From: Acutalibacteraceae bacterium
Lineage (GTDB): Bacteria; Bacillota; Clostridia; Oscillospirales; Acutalibacteraceae
Reading direction: 5' to 3'
Assembly: GCA_045631405.1 (NCBI GenBank)
Contig: JAZQUT010000090.1
Location: 5,896-69,895, forward strand
Length of the DNA stretch: 64,000 nt
Shown: positions 16,505 to 26,262 of the stretch, one piece after another
Numbering within the stretch: the first letter of the stretch is position 1
Layout: each line of letters opens with the position of its first letter
The notes under the pieces: model-generated
What the model saw: the letters and a program-made list of their open reading frames with translations, nothing else
What the model was told of the DNA's origin: nothing
The model's database searches: none
Translations under genes and position numbers: made by a program

Positions 16505-18670
16505 ATGATAAATTTAGCTCAGATCGACCCCTTCCTTTATGGATATTTTTCAGATGAAAGCCTTGAAATTGGCGAAAGAGTGGGACTTGCTCTTCTCCAT
16601 GCTTCAAAAAATCTTGAAATTAAATTTTCTCGTCAGTTGCTTCCTGAAACTGCCTTTGTAACAGCAAGTGGCAGCTCAGGCTACTCCCCCTCTGACGGAC
16701 TTTGGTTTAACGAGGAAAACATTTTAAAGCTTGCAGAGGAATATCCCGAGCACGAGGAAGAGCTTTGCAGATATATTCAAGAAATAAAGATTTTCAGAAG
16801 CAAATCACAAATGCTTAATTGTGAACTCACCGATGCACTCGACAACGCAGGTGCTGAGTGGGGTGGTGGCTGGGGTGGACATTCAAACCCTGATTACGGA
16901 CGAATAATCAATTTGGGTACAGACCACCTAAGAGCAATTATTGCAAAAAATCGTGACAACCATCCTGACGAGGACTGGTTTTATCGCTCATGTAGCCATG
17001 CTCTTGACGCAATAGATATTTTCGGTGAAAGATATCGCGAGACAGCGCTTCAAAATGCAGAAAAATGCGAAAACGAGAATGACAAAGCATTTTATCTTCG
17101 TATTGCGGAAGCATTTAAAACTATTCCTAAAAAGCCTGCATATGACTTCATGTCTGCAATGTGCTCATTTATGCTTGTTTTTGCTCTTGATGGTAGTGAT
17201 TCTCCCGGTCGCTTTGATCAATATATGTATTCGGCATATCAGAAAACCGAAAACAAGGAAGAGGTTACAGAGCTGCTTGACAGACTGTGGGATTATTTCC
17301 GTGACCATCGCTCGTGGAATCTCTGCATTTCTGGTAGTGACGAAAACTGGAACGACGAATCCAACGAGCTTACATATGAAATTCTTCAAATGGTGAGAAA
17401 AAAAGGCTATAACACCCCCAACCTCACCTGCCGAATCCACAAAAATACACCTGATAAATTATGGAATGCTATTGCAGATACTCTTGCAATCGGAACAGGT
17501 CTTCCTGCGCTTTATAACGACGATGTAGTTTGCGTTGCTCTTGAAAAGCTTGGTATTCCACCTCAGGACAGCCACGATTACTGTATGAACGGATGTAATC
17601 AGATTGATATTCTCGGTAAAAGCCATATGGGACTTGAGGATGGCGAGGTTGTCTTTGCAAAATGCCTTGAGCTTGCTCTTCATAATGGCGTGGATGCCAT
17701 GAGTGGCGAAAAGATTTCTATTGAAACAGGTGATCCCAATTTCTTCACCACCTACGAAAGATTTGAAAGAGCGTTTATGGATCAGCTGGAGTTTGTAACA
17801 TACAACTCCTGTAGTAGTGCAAACAGATGGCAGCATATGCGTGGCGTTTTCCAGCCCCATCCCCTGCGATCCTGTCTTATCGAGGGTTGCCTTGAAAAAG
17901 GCCGTGACTACAGAAACGGTGGTCCACTCTACAACCACGGACAGATTTTAGCCGAGGGTATTGCAGATGCAGGCGACAGTCTTTATGCAATCAAAAAGCT
18001 TGTTTATGACGAAAAGAAATATACAATGTCAGAGCTTATTGGTGCTCTCAATTCAAACTTTGAAGGATACGAGCGCCTCCACCACGATTTCAAGAATTGC
18101 GAAAAATTCGGCAACGATATTGAAGAGGTTGATAACATAACTGCAAGGGCTCTCAACCGTTTCTTTACAGTTCTCAAGCGCAACAGAACCTACAGAGGTG
18201 GCGTGTTCACAGGTGGCTGCAGTACATTCAACCGTGCTGCAGGGTATGGAAGCAAAACTGCTGCACTCCCCAACGGAAAGCTTAAGGGCGAGCCCCTTCT
18301 TGCAGACAGTATTGCTGCTACTCCAGGTCGCGACACAAACGGCCCCACTGCGCAAATAAAATCCGTTCTTAAATATAGCCACACAGATGCTTGCAGTGGC
18401 TTCGTTTTCCAGAACAAGTTTGAAAAGAAGCTGTTTAATACCGAAAAAGGGAAAGCCTCTTTCATTGCACTTGCAAAAGCATTTTTCGCAGGTGGAGGTC
18501 AGCAATATACAATTACTGTTGTCTCCCCCGAAGACCTTATAGATGCTAAAAAGCATCCTGAAAATCACAGAAATCTCATCGTCCGTGTTGGTGGCTACAG
18601 CGACTATTTCACAAACCTCCCCGAAGAGCTTCAGGATAATGTAATTGAAAGAACATTTATAGAAACATAA
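16505..18670 (+). CDS. Glycyl radical enzyme (PFL-like superfamily), unknown substrate
   Basis: C-terminal glycyl-radical motif NLIVRVGGYSDYF (RVGG at 18584-18595). Cys-loop region LPALYNDDVV...DSHDYCMNGCNQIDILGK (GCNQ at 17591-17602). GGHSNPDYGRIINLG and PNLTCRIHKNTP are also family-typical. Confidence 0.9.
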   Translation: MINLAQIDPFLYGYFSDESLEIGERVGLALLHASKNLEIKFSRQLLPETAFVTASGSSGYSPSDGLWFNEENILKLAEEYPEHEEELCRYIQEIKIFRSKSQMLNCELTDALDNAGAEWGGGWGGHSNPDYGRIINLGTDHLRAIIAKNRDNHPDEDWFYRSCSHALDAIDIFGERYRETALQNAEKCENENDKAFYLRIAEAFKTIPKKPAYDFMSAMCSFMLVFALDGSDSPGRFDQYMYSAYQKTENKEEVTELLDRLWDYFRDHRSWNLCISGSDENWNDESNELTYEILQMVRKKGYNTPNLTCRIHKNTPDKLWNAIADTLAIGTGLPALYNDDVVCVALEKLGIPPQDSHDYCMNGCNQIDILGKSHMGLEDGEVVFAKCLELALHNGVDAMSGEKISIETGDPNFFTTYERFERAFMDQLEFVTYNSCSSANRWQHMRGVFQPHPLRSCLIEGCLEKGRDYRNGGPLYNHGQILAEGIADAGDSLYAIKKLVYDEKKYTMSELIGALNSNFEGYERLHHDFKNCEKFGNDIEEVDNITARALNRFFTVLKRNRTYRGGVFTGGCSTFNRAAGYGSKTAALPNGKLKGEPLLADSIAATPGRDTNGPTAQIKSVLKYSHTDACSGFVFQNKFEKKLFNTEKGKASFIALAKAFFAGGGQQYTITVVSPEDLIDAKKHPENHRNLIVRVGGYSDYFTNLPEELQDNVIERTFIET

Positions 18671-18673
18671 AAA

Positions 18674-18708
18674 GCACCCACTCGTTTCTGAAGCGAGTGG
18701 GTGTATTT
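18674..18708. terminator. Bidirectional stem-loop terminator between convergent genes
   Basis: CACCCACTCG (18675-18684) pairs with CGAGTGGGTG (18694-18703), followed by a T-run. Confidence 0.7.
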
Positions 18709-19872
18709 TTATTTAAACTCTGTATGTCTGTAATTTTTGAATTTCAAAGAACCGTCTTTGGCAATATCGGTAGTGTTAACACCATAATGCCAGGTGCTTT
18801 CGTCTGCATCCATAATTTTACTGTCATATAATCTGTAGCAATTATAACCACCGGTTTGATTATAAACAAGGTAAATGCCCTCGTATTCTGCGCAAAAATC
18901 GTTACAATGGTCGTGACCACAGAACATAGCCTCTGCGCCGTTTCTTTTCATTGACTGAAAAAGCCCTGAGTTAAACCATGAGCCACCCATAGGCTCGCGC
19001 ATCTCACCATAGAGCACCTTAACATTTTCGTTAGGTGTAAATGTACCGTCATCATTCTGTGTAAATAAACCTCTGTATTCCGGCACGGGAATATGCAAAT
19101 AAATCAAGGATTTTACATTCTCGCCGTATTCCTTTTTGAGTGAAGAAATTTCATTTTCGTACCATTTAATCTGAGAGGGCTTAACATAGTCTGCGCCCTC
19201 TAAATCTGCAGGAACGCCGTCATTGGTTCTGTGAGGCTCCTGCAAATATCTGCCTGAATCCAGGAAAACAAGAGTTTTTCTTATTGTGCTTTCGTCACTC
19301 ATAATGTTTATGGTGAAATTGCCGTAGCCGTAAAGTGACTCGTCACCGAATTTACAAAGGCAATAGGGCGAATCAATAAAGCTTTTATAAAGCTGATATT
19401 TAAAGGAGCCCTTCTCCTCTCTCGCCTCGTGATTTCCGAAAACATAAGTCCAATAAACACCGATGTCTTCCATCATTTTTGCAAACTGAATTGCATCAAT
19501 CTGCTGATACTTTGAAAGAATACAGTCACCTGTAAGCACAACCAAATCAGGCTTTAAATCAGCAATTCTGTCTGCAAGCTGCTGAAGAGTTCTGTTATTC
19601 AGTTCATAATCATCGTCTATATGTAAATCGGTAGAGCAAAGGATTCTGAAATCCTCGTCAGAAAAGCTGCCATCAGGATTCATTTTTGCAATATATGTTG
19701 AATTTTCTGTTGATTTAAGAATTTTAACTCTTGTACCAACATTTTTGGTTTTTATAGCCGATAAAAACCTGTTTTTACAAAGTTTTCCATTTGTTAAATT
19801 ATAAATAGGCTTTTCCAAGGCAATAATCGCCTTCATTGAATTTTGTAAAATAAAGCATCTGAGTCCGTACAT
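18709..19872 (-). CDS. Calcineurin-like metallophosphoesterase
   Basis: Motifs DLHIDDD, LTGDCIL, GNHE and GHDH occur in the canonical order. The true start may be the internal MKAII... (19836). Confidence 0.8.
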   Translation of the reverse strand: MYGLRCFILQNSMKAIIALEKPIYNLTNGKLCKNRFLSAIKTKNVGTRVKILKSTENSTYIAKMNPDGSFSDEDFRILCSTDLHIDDDYELNNRTLQQLADRIADLKPDLVVLTGDCILSKYQQIDAIQFAKMMEDIGVYWTYVFGNHEAREEKGSFKYQLYKSFIDSPYCLCKFGDESLYGYGNFTINIMSDESTIRKTLVFLDSGRYLQEPHRTNDGVPADLEGADYVKPSQIKWYENEISSLKKEYGENVKSLIYLHIPVPEYRGLFTQNDDGTFTPNENVKVLYGEMREPMGGSWFNSGLFQSMKRNGAEAMFCGHDHCNDFCAEYEGIYLVYNQTGGYNCYRLYDSKIMDADESTWHYGVNTTDIAKDGSLKFKNYRHTEFK

Positions 19873-19886
19873 AACCTATCCCCTTA

Positions 19887-20192
19887 TCAAAAAATCCCCT
19901 TGTTATATTTCATCATTGCATAAACAATCAAAATAATACCGGATGTAAATCCGACAATCAGTATTATGTTAGCAATATTCAGAGAAAGCAAGTCTGATAT
20001 TCCTGCAGCAATTATTGTTAAACCGATAATAATTGAGCCTGCGCCAATCTTTTTTCCAAATGGCAGAACATCCTCTTCCTTTACTCTTTTTCTGTGATAT
20101 GAATGGAGCATTGATATATGACCTTTTGTATTGAGTATTCCTACAACGATTAAAAATACACCTATAGCTATCTGTACAATTGCCTCTGTCAT
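19887..20192 (-). CDS. Small membrane protein (DUF3784-like)
   Basis: 101 aa, with three hydrophobic segments and a central SMLHSYHRKRVKEED loop. Confidence 0.5.
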   Translation of the reverse strand: MTEAIVQIAIGVFLIVVGILNTKGHISMLHSYHRKRVKEEDVLPFGKKIGAGSIIIGLTIIAAGISDLLSLNIANIILIVGFTSGIILIVYAMMKYNKGIF

Positions 20193-20362
20193 ATTTAAAC
20201 CTCCATCTTTGAAATCACTAATAACACTTTCAGTATATCACAAATATTCAACTGAAACAACAAAAAAGCAAGCATTAATAATATAGACAAAAAATACACT
20301 TTATGATATAATTCGACTTTCGAAGAATAACTTACACATTAACAGGTGGAATACAAAGCAAA

Positions 20363-21709
20363 ATGAAAAACAACGATTTTACAAGTGGCGCAATATTACC
20401 GAAGCTCCTTAAATTTATGCTTCCTGTTCTGTTTTCAATGTTTCTGCAAGCGCTTTATGGTGCCGTGGACTTGCTGATTGTGGGACAGTTCAGCACAACT
20501 GCAGATGTTTCAGCAGTTTCAACAGGCTCACAAATTATAACAACTCTGACAAATCTCATTGTCAGCTTTTCAATGGGTATAACCGTTGCCGTGGGTCAGC
20601 GAATTGGTCAGAAGCAACTTAAGGATGCAGCACATACCATAGGCACGGGTATTATAATTTTCTCAATAGCAGGTCTTGTTTTAGCAGTAGTAAGCCTTTT
20701 AGGCGCACCTGCTTTAGCAAAGCTTATGCAAGCACCATCTGAAGCCTTTGAGCTTACAACAAGCTACATAAGAATTTGTGGTGCAGGCTTTGTTGTAATT
20801 TCAGCATATAATCTTCTTGGAAGTGTTTTCAGAGGCTTGGGTGATTCCAAAACACCTCTCATAGCAGTTGGTATTGCCTGTGTATTTAATATCATTGGCG
20901 ACCTTGCATTTGTTGCAGGCTTTAATATGGGAGCATCAGGCGCTGCTCTCGCAACTGTTTTAGCTCAGCTTATCAGCGTTGTTATTTCATTCTTGATGAT
21001 ACGAAGAGCAAATCTTCCCTTTGAGTTTAACAAATCATATGTAAGGCTGAAGAAACGCTTTGCTTCTGTAATAGTAAAAATCGGCACACCAGTTGCATTA
21101 CAGGAATTTCTTGTTGGTAGCTCATTCCTTGTTTTACTTGCAATTGTAAATCAGCTTGGCGTTACTGCATCTGCAGGTGTCGGGGTTGCTCAGAAGGTTT
21201 GCACATTTATTATGCTTGTGCCCATTTCCTTTATGCAGTCAATGACTGCCTTTGTTGCTCAGAATCATGGTGCAGGCTTAATGCACAGAGCTCAGAAAAC
21301 CTTGAAATTAGGAGTTGGAGTTTCCTTTGCATTCGGTGTTATAATGTTTCTTGTAACCTTCTTCCGTGGTGACCTTTTAGCATCAATCTTCTCTCAGGAT
21401 GCTGATACTATTACAGCTGCATGGGAATACCTTAAGGCGTATGCAATAGACTGTCTGAACACCTGCTTCCTTTTCTGCTTTATAGGCTATTTCAATGGTA
21501 TCGGAAAAACAAAGTTTGTTATGCTTCAGGGTCTTTGTGGCGCCTTTATTGTGAGAATTCCCTTCGCACTTCTTATGCAGCAAATAGGAGACAATTCTCT
21601 TTTCCTTATAGGACTTTCAATCCCCTGTTCAACAGTATTGCAGATAGCAATGTGCTTCATAGCATATTTCTATATAAAATCCAAATCCCCAAAAACAACT
21701 GATATATAA
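20363..21709 (+). CDS. MATE family efflux transporter
   Basis: 448 aa with about 12 TM segments. The N-terminus ILPKLLKFMLPVLFSMFLQALYGAVDLLIVGQ is typical of MATE/NorM proteins. Confidence 0.88.
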   Translation: MKNNDFTSGAILPKLLKFMLPVLFSMFLQALYGAVDLLIVGQFSTTADVSAVSTGSQIITTLTNLIVSFSMGITVAVGQRIGQKQLKDAAHTIGTGIIIFSIAGLVLAVVSLLGAPALAKLMQAPSEAFELTTSYIRICGAGFVVISAYNLLGSVFRGLGDSKTPLIAVGIACVFNIIGDLAFVAGFNMGASGAALATVLAQLISVVISFLMIRRANLPFEFNKSYVRLKKRFASVIVKIGTPVALQEFLVGSSFLVLLAIVNQLGVTASAGVGVAQKVCTFIMLVPISFMQSMTAFVAQNHGAGLMHRAQKTLKLGVGVSFAFGVIMFLVTFFRGDLLASIFSQDADTITAAWEYLKAYAIDCLNTCFLFCFIGYFNGIGKTKFVMLQGLCGAFIVRIPFALLMQQIGDNSLFLIGLSIPCSTVLQIAMCFIAYFYIKSKSPKTTDI

Positions 21710-21712
21710 CAC

Positions 21713-21744
21713 AAAAAGGAACTGACAAAGTCAGTTCCTTTTTA
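21713..21744. terminator. Stem-loop terminator between convergent genes
   Basis: GGAACTGAC (21718-21726) pairs with GTCAGTTCC (21730-21738), followed by TTTTT. Confidence 0.7.
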
Positions 21745-21746
21745 CT

Positions 21747-23183
21747 TTATGCAAGTGCATTTTCCAAGCAACGCATACAGTACATAGCATCCTCATCTAT
21801 ATAGCATTTACAGTTTCCACATTTGTTCGAATGAGTTTTGCAGCAATTGGTATCACCACTTTTAGCGATAAATGCAGAACAACCTGAATGGGCACAAATC
21901 GTTGTTGCTGTACCATAGTGGTTTGTGAATTTTTCTGAGTCAGCTGTACCCTCTGCATTTTTCTCAGCTTCTATATCAACCTTGATTTCATAATCAAAAT
22001 CATAGAACCCCAAAACCTCAGGCTGGCGAATATTTTTCCAAGACTTTAAGATACTGCAACGAATTATATATCCGTGAAAATCCCTGTATGTTGACTCAAA
22101 TGCGATTGTACCATCTTTTTTCAGAGCAAAAGCCGAACCTAAAAATTTACCTTTTGATACAGAAACATTTTTCCATTTTGAACAGATACTATAGCTATCA
22201 TGACCAGCATAAACGACCTTGCCATTTGCCTTCATACCAAAAGTACCATCTGAACATGTGGTTATTGAAACGATGTCGCTCCAATCCTCAACATCGCACA
22301 CATCCTCTCTGTCATCACCGGCGAAAACTACCGTACCGTCTGACTTCAGTCCCATAGTGCGATTTCCTGAAACTGAAATTGCAACAATATCTGTCCAATC
22401 CTCAACATCACATTGTCCATAACCATTGTAGCCTGTAGCAATTACCGTTCCGTCTGAGCGCAGACCAACAGTATAATTAGAACCACATTCAACGGCAACA
22501 ATGTTACGCCATCCGCTTACATTATCCTGACCATAATCCTTTGCATCGTAGTATTTGTAATGAACAACCGTACCATCCGATTTTAAAGCTGCAAAATTAT
22601 TATATCCACCATCTATGGAAACAATATCTGTCCATTTCACATCACCATACCAATCAACTACAGTACCATCACTTTTCAGCACATGAGAGGTTTCGCAGTC
22701 AATATCAATAACATCATTCCAATAGTCAGGTGCCTCTACTAATTCAAACTCACGCTCCTTGGAAACATATTTAGCTATATATATTGACCCATCCTCTTTT
22801 ATTGCATATATTGAATTATCAACATCAAAAGTCTCTCTGACTGCAATTTTATCCCATAAAGCGAAAGAGCGTGTTCGTGCATCCGAGTAATCGCCTAAGG
22901 CACCGAAAGCCATAGCTGCAGCAGCCTTTCTTCCAACAGACTCCAATCTTTCAGCTTCTTTGTAATTACAAAGAAGCACCTGTTCAGTAGCATCTTTATA
23001 TTCACCTAAAGCCACAAAAGCCTCAGCCGCATTCACAAAATCTCCATTATTCAACATTTCTGTTGCTTTTTTGTAATCGCTAGCAGGAATAGCAACCTTA
23101 AGTATTAACACTATTGATAAGGCAACAAGAGCAATTGCTATAACAACTGAAATTATAATTTTAAATATTTTGTTTTTTTTCAT
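21747..23183 (-). CDS. Membrane-anchored RCC1-like seven-bladed beta-propeller protein with Cys-rich C-terminus
   Basis: N-terminal TM anchor. Seven repeats of the type LKSDGTVV / LRSDGTVI / IKEDGSIY. The last ~45 aa contain 10 Cys (CAHSGC...CCKTHSNKCGNCKC...CMRC). I prefer the ATG at 23183 (RBS GAGGTG). Confidence 0.65.
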   Translation of the reverse strand: MKKNKIFKIIISVVIAIALVALSIVLILKVAIPASDYKKATEMLNNGDFVNAAEAFVALGEYKDATEQVLLCNYKEAERLESVGRKAAAAMAFGALGDYSDARTRSFALWDKIAVRETFDVDNSIYAIKEDGSIYIAKYVSKEREFELVEAPDYWNDVIDIDCETSHVLKSDGTVVDWYGDVKWTDIVSIDGGYNNFAALKSDGTVVHYKYYDAKDYGQDNVSGWRNIVAVECGSNYTVGLRSDGTVIATGYNGYGQCDVEDWTDIVAISVSGNRTMGLKSDGTVVFAGDDREDVCDVEDWSDIVSITTCSDGTFGMKANGKVVYAGHDSYSICSKWKNVSVSKGKFLGSAFALKKDGTIAFESTYRDFHGYIIRCSILKSWKNIRQPEVLGFYDFDYEIKVDIEAEKNAEGTADSEKFTNHYGTATTICAHSGCSAFIAKSGDTNCCKTHSNKCGNCKCYIDEDAMYCMRCLENALA

Positions 23184-23246
23184 AAAAAGCACCTCAAACA
23201 ATAATTTCCTTTCATTATTATATTAAGTATTTATAATTGACTTCAA

Positions 23247-25571
23247 TTACTTTTCCACGATTTCAACCTTGCCGATTTCACCATTGACATATTCACCATT
23301 CTGATAATATGCCTTTAAATTGATTTTTACTGTCGCTCCGACAGGTACATACAAAACAGCATCGGTATCCTGAGGAATTGTAAGGTCTATATTAAAGCTC
23401 TCTCCAGCCTTTTTATAATCAAGAGTGATTAAGCCCTTTACGCTGGGAACAGTACAATTCATACTGTCAGACAGAGTGTATTGTGGGTCAATTTTAACCT
23501 TTTCATAGCCTGCTTCAAGAGGTGCGATACCTGCAAAATGCTTACTCATTATAACAAGAGGACCACCACTCCATGCGTGATTCATAGTGCCCTGCCAAGA
23601 TTCCCAGAACTCCCATAGGGTTGAGTAATCCTCGCACATCATATCGTTATATCTTTCCTTGATTCTGTCTCTTGCAGCTTCATATTCGCCTATTTTGCAG
23701 AGAGCCTCAAGAACATAGTATTCCATATAAGGGCTTGAATTCTGGGTTGTTTTAAGCACATTTGTTATAGTAGCATACTGCTTTTTATCTGCAAGCCCTG
23801 CCAGAACTGCAAGAGCATTGGCTCTGTCATCAGGCTCTTTCACATCATCACTTTTAAAGCCATCGTCTGTCCAGAGAGACTTATAGCCCTTTGCAATAGC
23901 TTCTTTTCTTTCGGTAATAAACTTAATATCCTTGTCTTCACCTAAAACCTCAGCCATATCCTCTATGGAAGAAAGCGCATAATAAACCCATGCATTTTCG
24001 ATGGCAGTCATATCTGCTTTTTTGCCCCAATCAGGCCAATCCCAAGAGCCCTCACGGTGAACAACAAGATTATTTTCCCCCATTTCCCAAAGCTTCAAAT
24101 AATCAATGGAGGCAGCATAAACCTTTTTCACAAAAGCCTTATCGCCTGTGTATTCATAATATGTTCTGAATCCTACAATACCTGCAAGCTGCTGAACAGG
24201 AAGCTCAAAATAGTCGCCACTTATAGGCACAACTGTCTGAAGCACCTTAGTTTCGTCAACATGGGAAAGCATTGCCTCTACACCCTTCTGATACAGTAAA
24301 TATGAATTACTGTCCAGGGAGTACATCGTCATAATCATTTCGCTTGTAACATCGCCCCACCATTGTGCTCGTTCTCTGTCGGGACAATCCATAAAATTAT
24401 CTCGCATTGTCACATAAAGTGTACGCAAGGATTTCTGCCACAAGGAATTCAAAAACTCATCATCGCACTTGAAATCACCACTGAATGAGCTATCATAGCC
24501 TGTTTCACGGTATTGAAGCGAAACAATTGTAACATCCTTGGGAATTTTGTATGTGATGTGTTCACCGTTAAACCATCCCAATGCCTCAAACTCCTGCTCG
24601 CCCTCTTTGGTTATGTAGGTATTTGAAACTGCACCTATCACGGTATTCTCCGTTGTTATGCGAATTTTTTTACCTGCAGGTGCTATAACCTTGAGATATG
24701 GTGTAAGCTGAGCGTTATAAGGGATATCTACGGTTATTTTTTCGCCTAAATTCTTGGTTACGGTATAGTTCTCGTAATCCTTTGAATTCTCGTAATCCTT
24801 AAGACCATAGTCCTTAAGGAATGGTATTCCTCTCGGGTAAAGCTTGCCATATGCACCCTTACCACCAACGCCATATTCAGTTGCGTTTTCCCAGGTCGAA
24901 AAATCATAATCATCATTTAACCAATCAGCCATATCCTCCCTTGCATCAAAATAAATGCTGTATTCAGGGAGTCTGTAATTAGGTGGATAAAGAGGACTAT
25001 CAACAAACGCGCTATTTCTTTTTACCTTCCATGTCTTATCAGAAATAATCGATATATCATCACCAATAGCTTCAAAAATGAAACCACCTTGTCCACTACT
25101 GCTATAGGAATAGCTTGTTTCATCATCCCAATACCAAGCCAATGCACAAATTGAGTTTTTGCCCTTTTTAAGATATGGCGCAATATCAATACCGTCATAA
25201 TATCCGCTGTTTTTAGCAGGGCCTCGTTTCACGCTTCCCTCAAAAACAACACTTTCTCCGTTTATGTAAAGCCAGTATTTTGAGTCGGCTGAGATGTGAG
25301 CAATAAGTTCTTCTGGAACTTTATCAATATTTACGTTTTTATTTAAGCACATCCATACATTTTTCTCTGTAAGGTTATCTTTGTCCCATATCCATTTCGC
25401 TTTCCAATCTTCTTTTTCCTCTGTGGAAATTACGCTGTATTCAGGAATCGTATCAGGAATTTTGTAATTGTTTGTATATGGTATCATTGACGAATCCCCC
25501 CACGAAAAAATTGAAGAAACAAACGCTGCAGCTATTGCAAGATACGAAACAATAGTCTGTAAAATTTGCAT
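23247..25571 (-). CDS. Alpha-L-rhamnosidase (GH78)
   Basis: AKWIW near the N-terminus and MDCPDRERAQWWGD (compare the GH78 DCPQRDERLGWTGD). The protein is 774 aa. Confidence 0.8.
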   Translation of the reverse strand: MQILQTIVSYLAIAAAFVSSIFSWGDSSMIPYTNNYKIPDTIPEYSVISTEEKEDWKAKWIWDKDNLTEKNVWMCLNKNVNIDKVPEELIAHISADSKYWLYINGESVVFEGSVKRGPAKNSGYYDGIDIAPYLKKGKNSICALAWYWDDETSYSYSSSGQGGFIFEAIGDDISIISDKTWKVKRNSAFVDSPLYPPNYRLPEYSIYFDAREDMADWLNDDYDFSTWENATEYGVGGKGAYGKLYPRGIPFLKDYGLKDYENSKDYENYTVTKNLGEKITVDIPYNAQLTPYLKVIAPAGKKIRITTENTVIGAVSNTYITKEGEQEFEALGWFNGEHITYKIPKDVTIVSLQYRETGYDSSFSGDFKCDDEFLNSLWQKSLRTLYVTMRDNFMDCPDRERAQWWGDVTSEMIMTMYSLDSNSYLLYQKGVEAMLSHVDETKVLQTVVPISGDYFELPVQQLAGIVGFRTYYEYTGDKAFVKKVYAASIDYLKLWEMGENNLVVHREGSWDWPDWGKKADMTAIENAWVYYALSSIEDMAEVLGEDKDIKFITERKEAIAKGYKSLWTDDGFKSDDVKEPDDRANALAVLAGLADKKQYATITNVLKTTQNSSPYMEYYVLEALCKIGEYEAARDRIKERYNDMMCEDYSTLWEFWESWQGTMNHAWSGGPLVIMSKHFAGIAPLEAGYEKVKIDPQYTLSDSMNCTVPSVKGLITLDYKKAGESFNIDLTIPQDTDAVLYVPVGATVKINLKAYYQNGEYVNGEIGKVEIVEK

Positions 25572-25663
25572 AAAAACCTCCCTAATGTTGTCTGCGATGA
25601 TAAAACATTTCTTTTAAAATAAATTTTTTCAATAAATTGAAATTTGTAAAAATAATTATACCA

Positions 25664-26251
25664 TTAAAGCAAAAAAACCAACCCAATCAGCAAACCGCCT
25701 GCAAAGCCTGAAATGTGTTCAAATGCGGTAGCTTTCCCTACAAGCATTCCGCCGATTGTGTAGATAGCTAAAACTATCAACGCTATTGCAGGTACGGGAG
25801 AAAAGAAAACCGTTCCGTTTTTAACTGCCAGCATAACAAATACTGCTATAAGTCCGTAAATTCCTGGTGATGCACCCTCGCCCTCGTGGATCTTATATAC
25901 AAAAGCCATATATAAACCCGAAATGAAAGTTGCACCAATATAGCAAATTGCGGTTTTTGCCATACCAAGCTGTGACTCTACTGCCCAACCTACTATAAGA
26001 GTTGCAATTATATTTGAAACGATATGCCATGTTCCAACATGGAGAAGTGCGGATGAAACAAGTCGCCACACCTGACCACTTTTAATTTTCTTTTCTGAAA
26101 GATGCAAAGCGTGGTTTATATAGCCTTTATTATGACCTGACCACAGTTTTTCTTTGGTTGTTACTGTTTCGGTTTTGGGGATTAAAAGGAAATTATCAAG
26201 TATGTAGATTATAAAAATAACAGCACAAAATGCTATGGTGAAAATCGGCAT
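25664..26251 (-). CDS. Rhomboid family intramembrane serine protease
   Basis: LLHVGTWHIVSN (HxxxN) and GASPGIYGL (GxSxG) in a 6-TM protein. Confidence 0.85.
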   Translation of the reverse strand: MPIFTIAFCAVIFIIYILDNFLLIPKTETVTTKEKLWSGHNKGYINHALHLSEKKIKSGQVWRLVSSALLHVGTWHIVSNIIATLIVGWAVESQLGMAKTAICYIGATFISGLYMAFVYKIHEGEGASPGIYGLIAVFVMLAVKNGTVFFSPVPAIALIVLAIYTIGGMLVGKATAFEHISGFAGGLLIGLVFLL

Positions 26252-26262
26252 AAGACCCTCCT

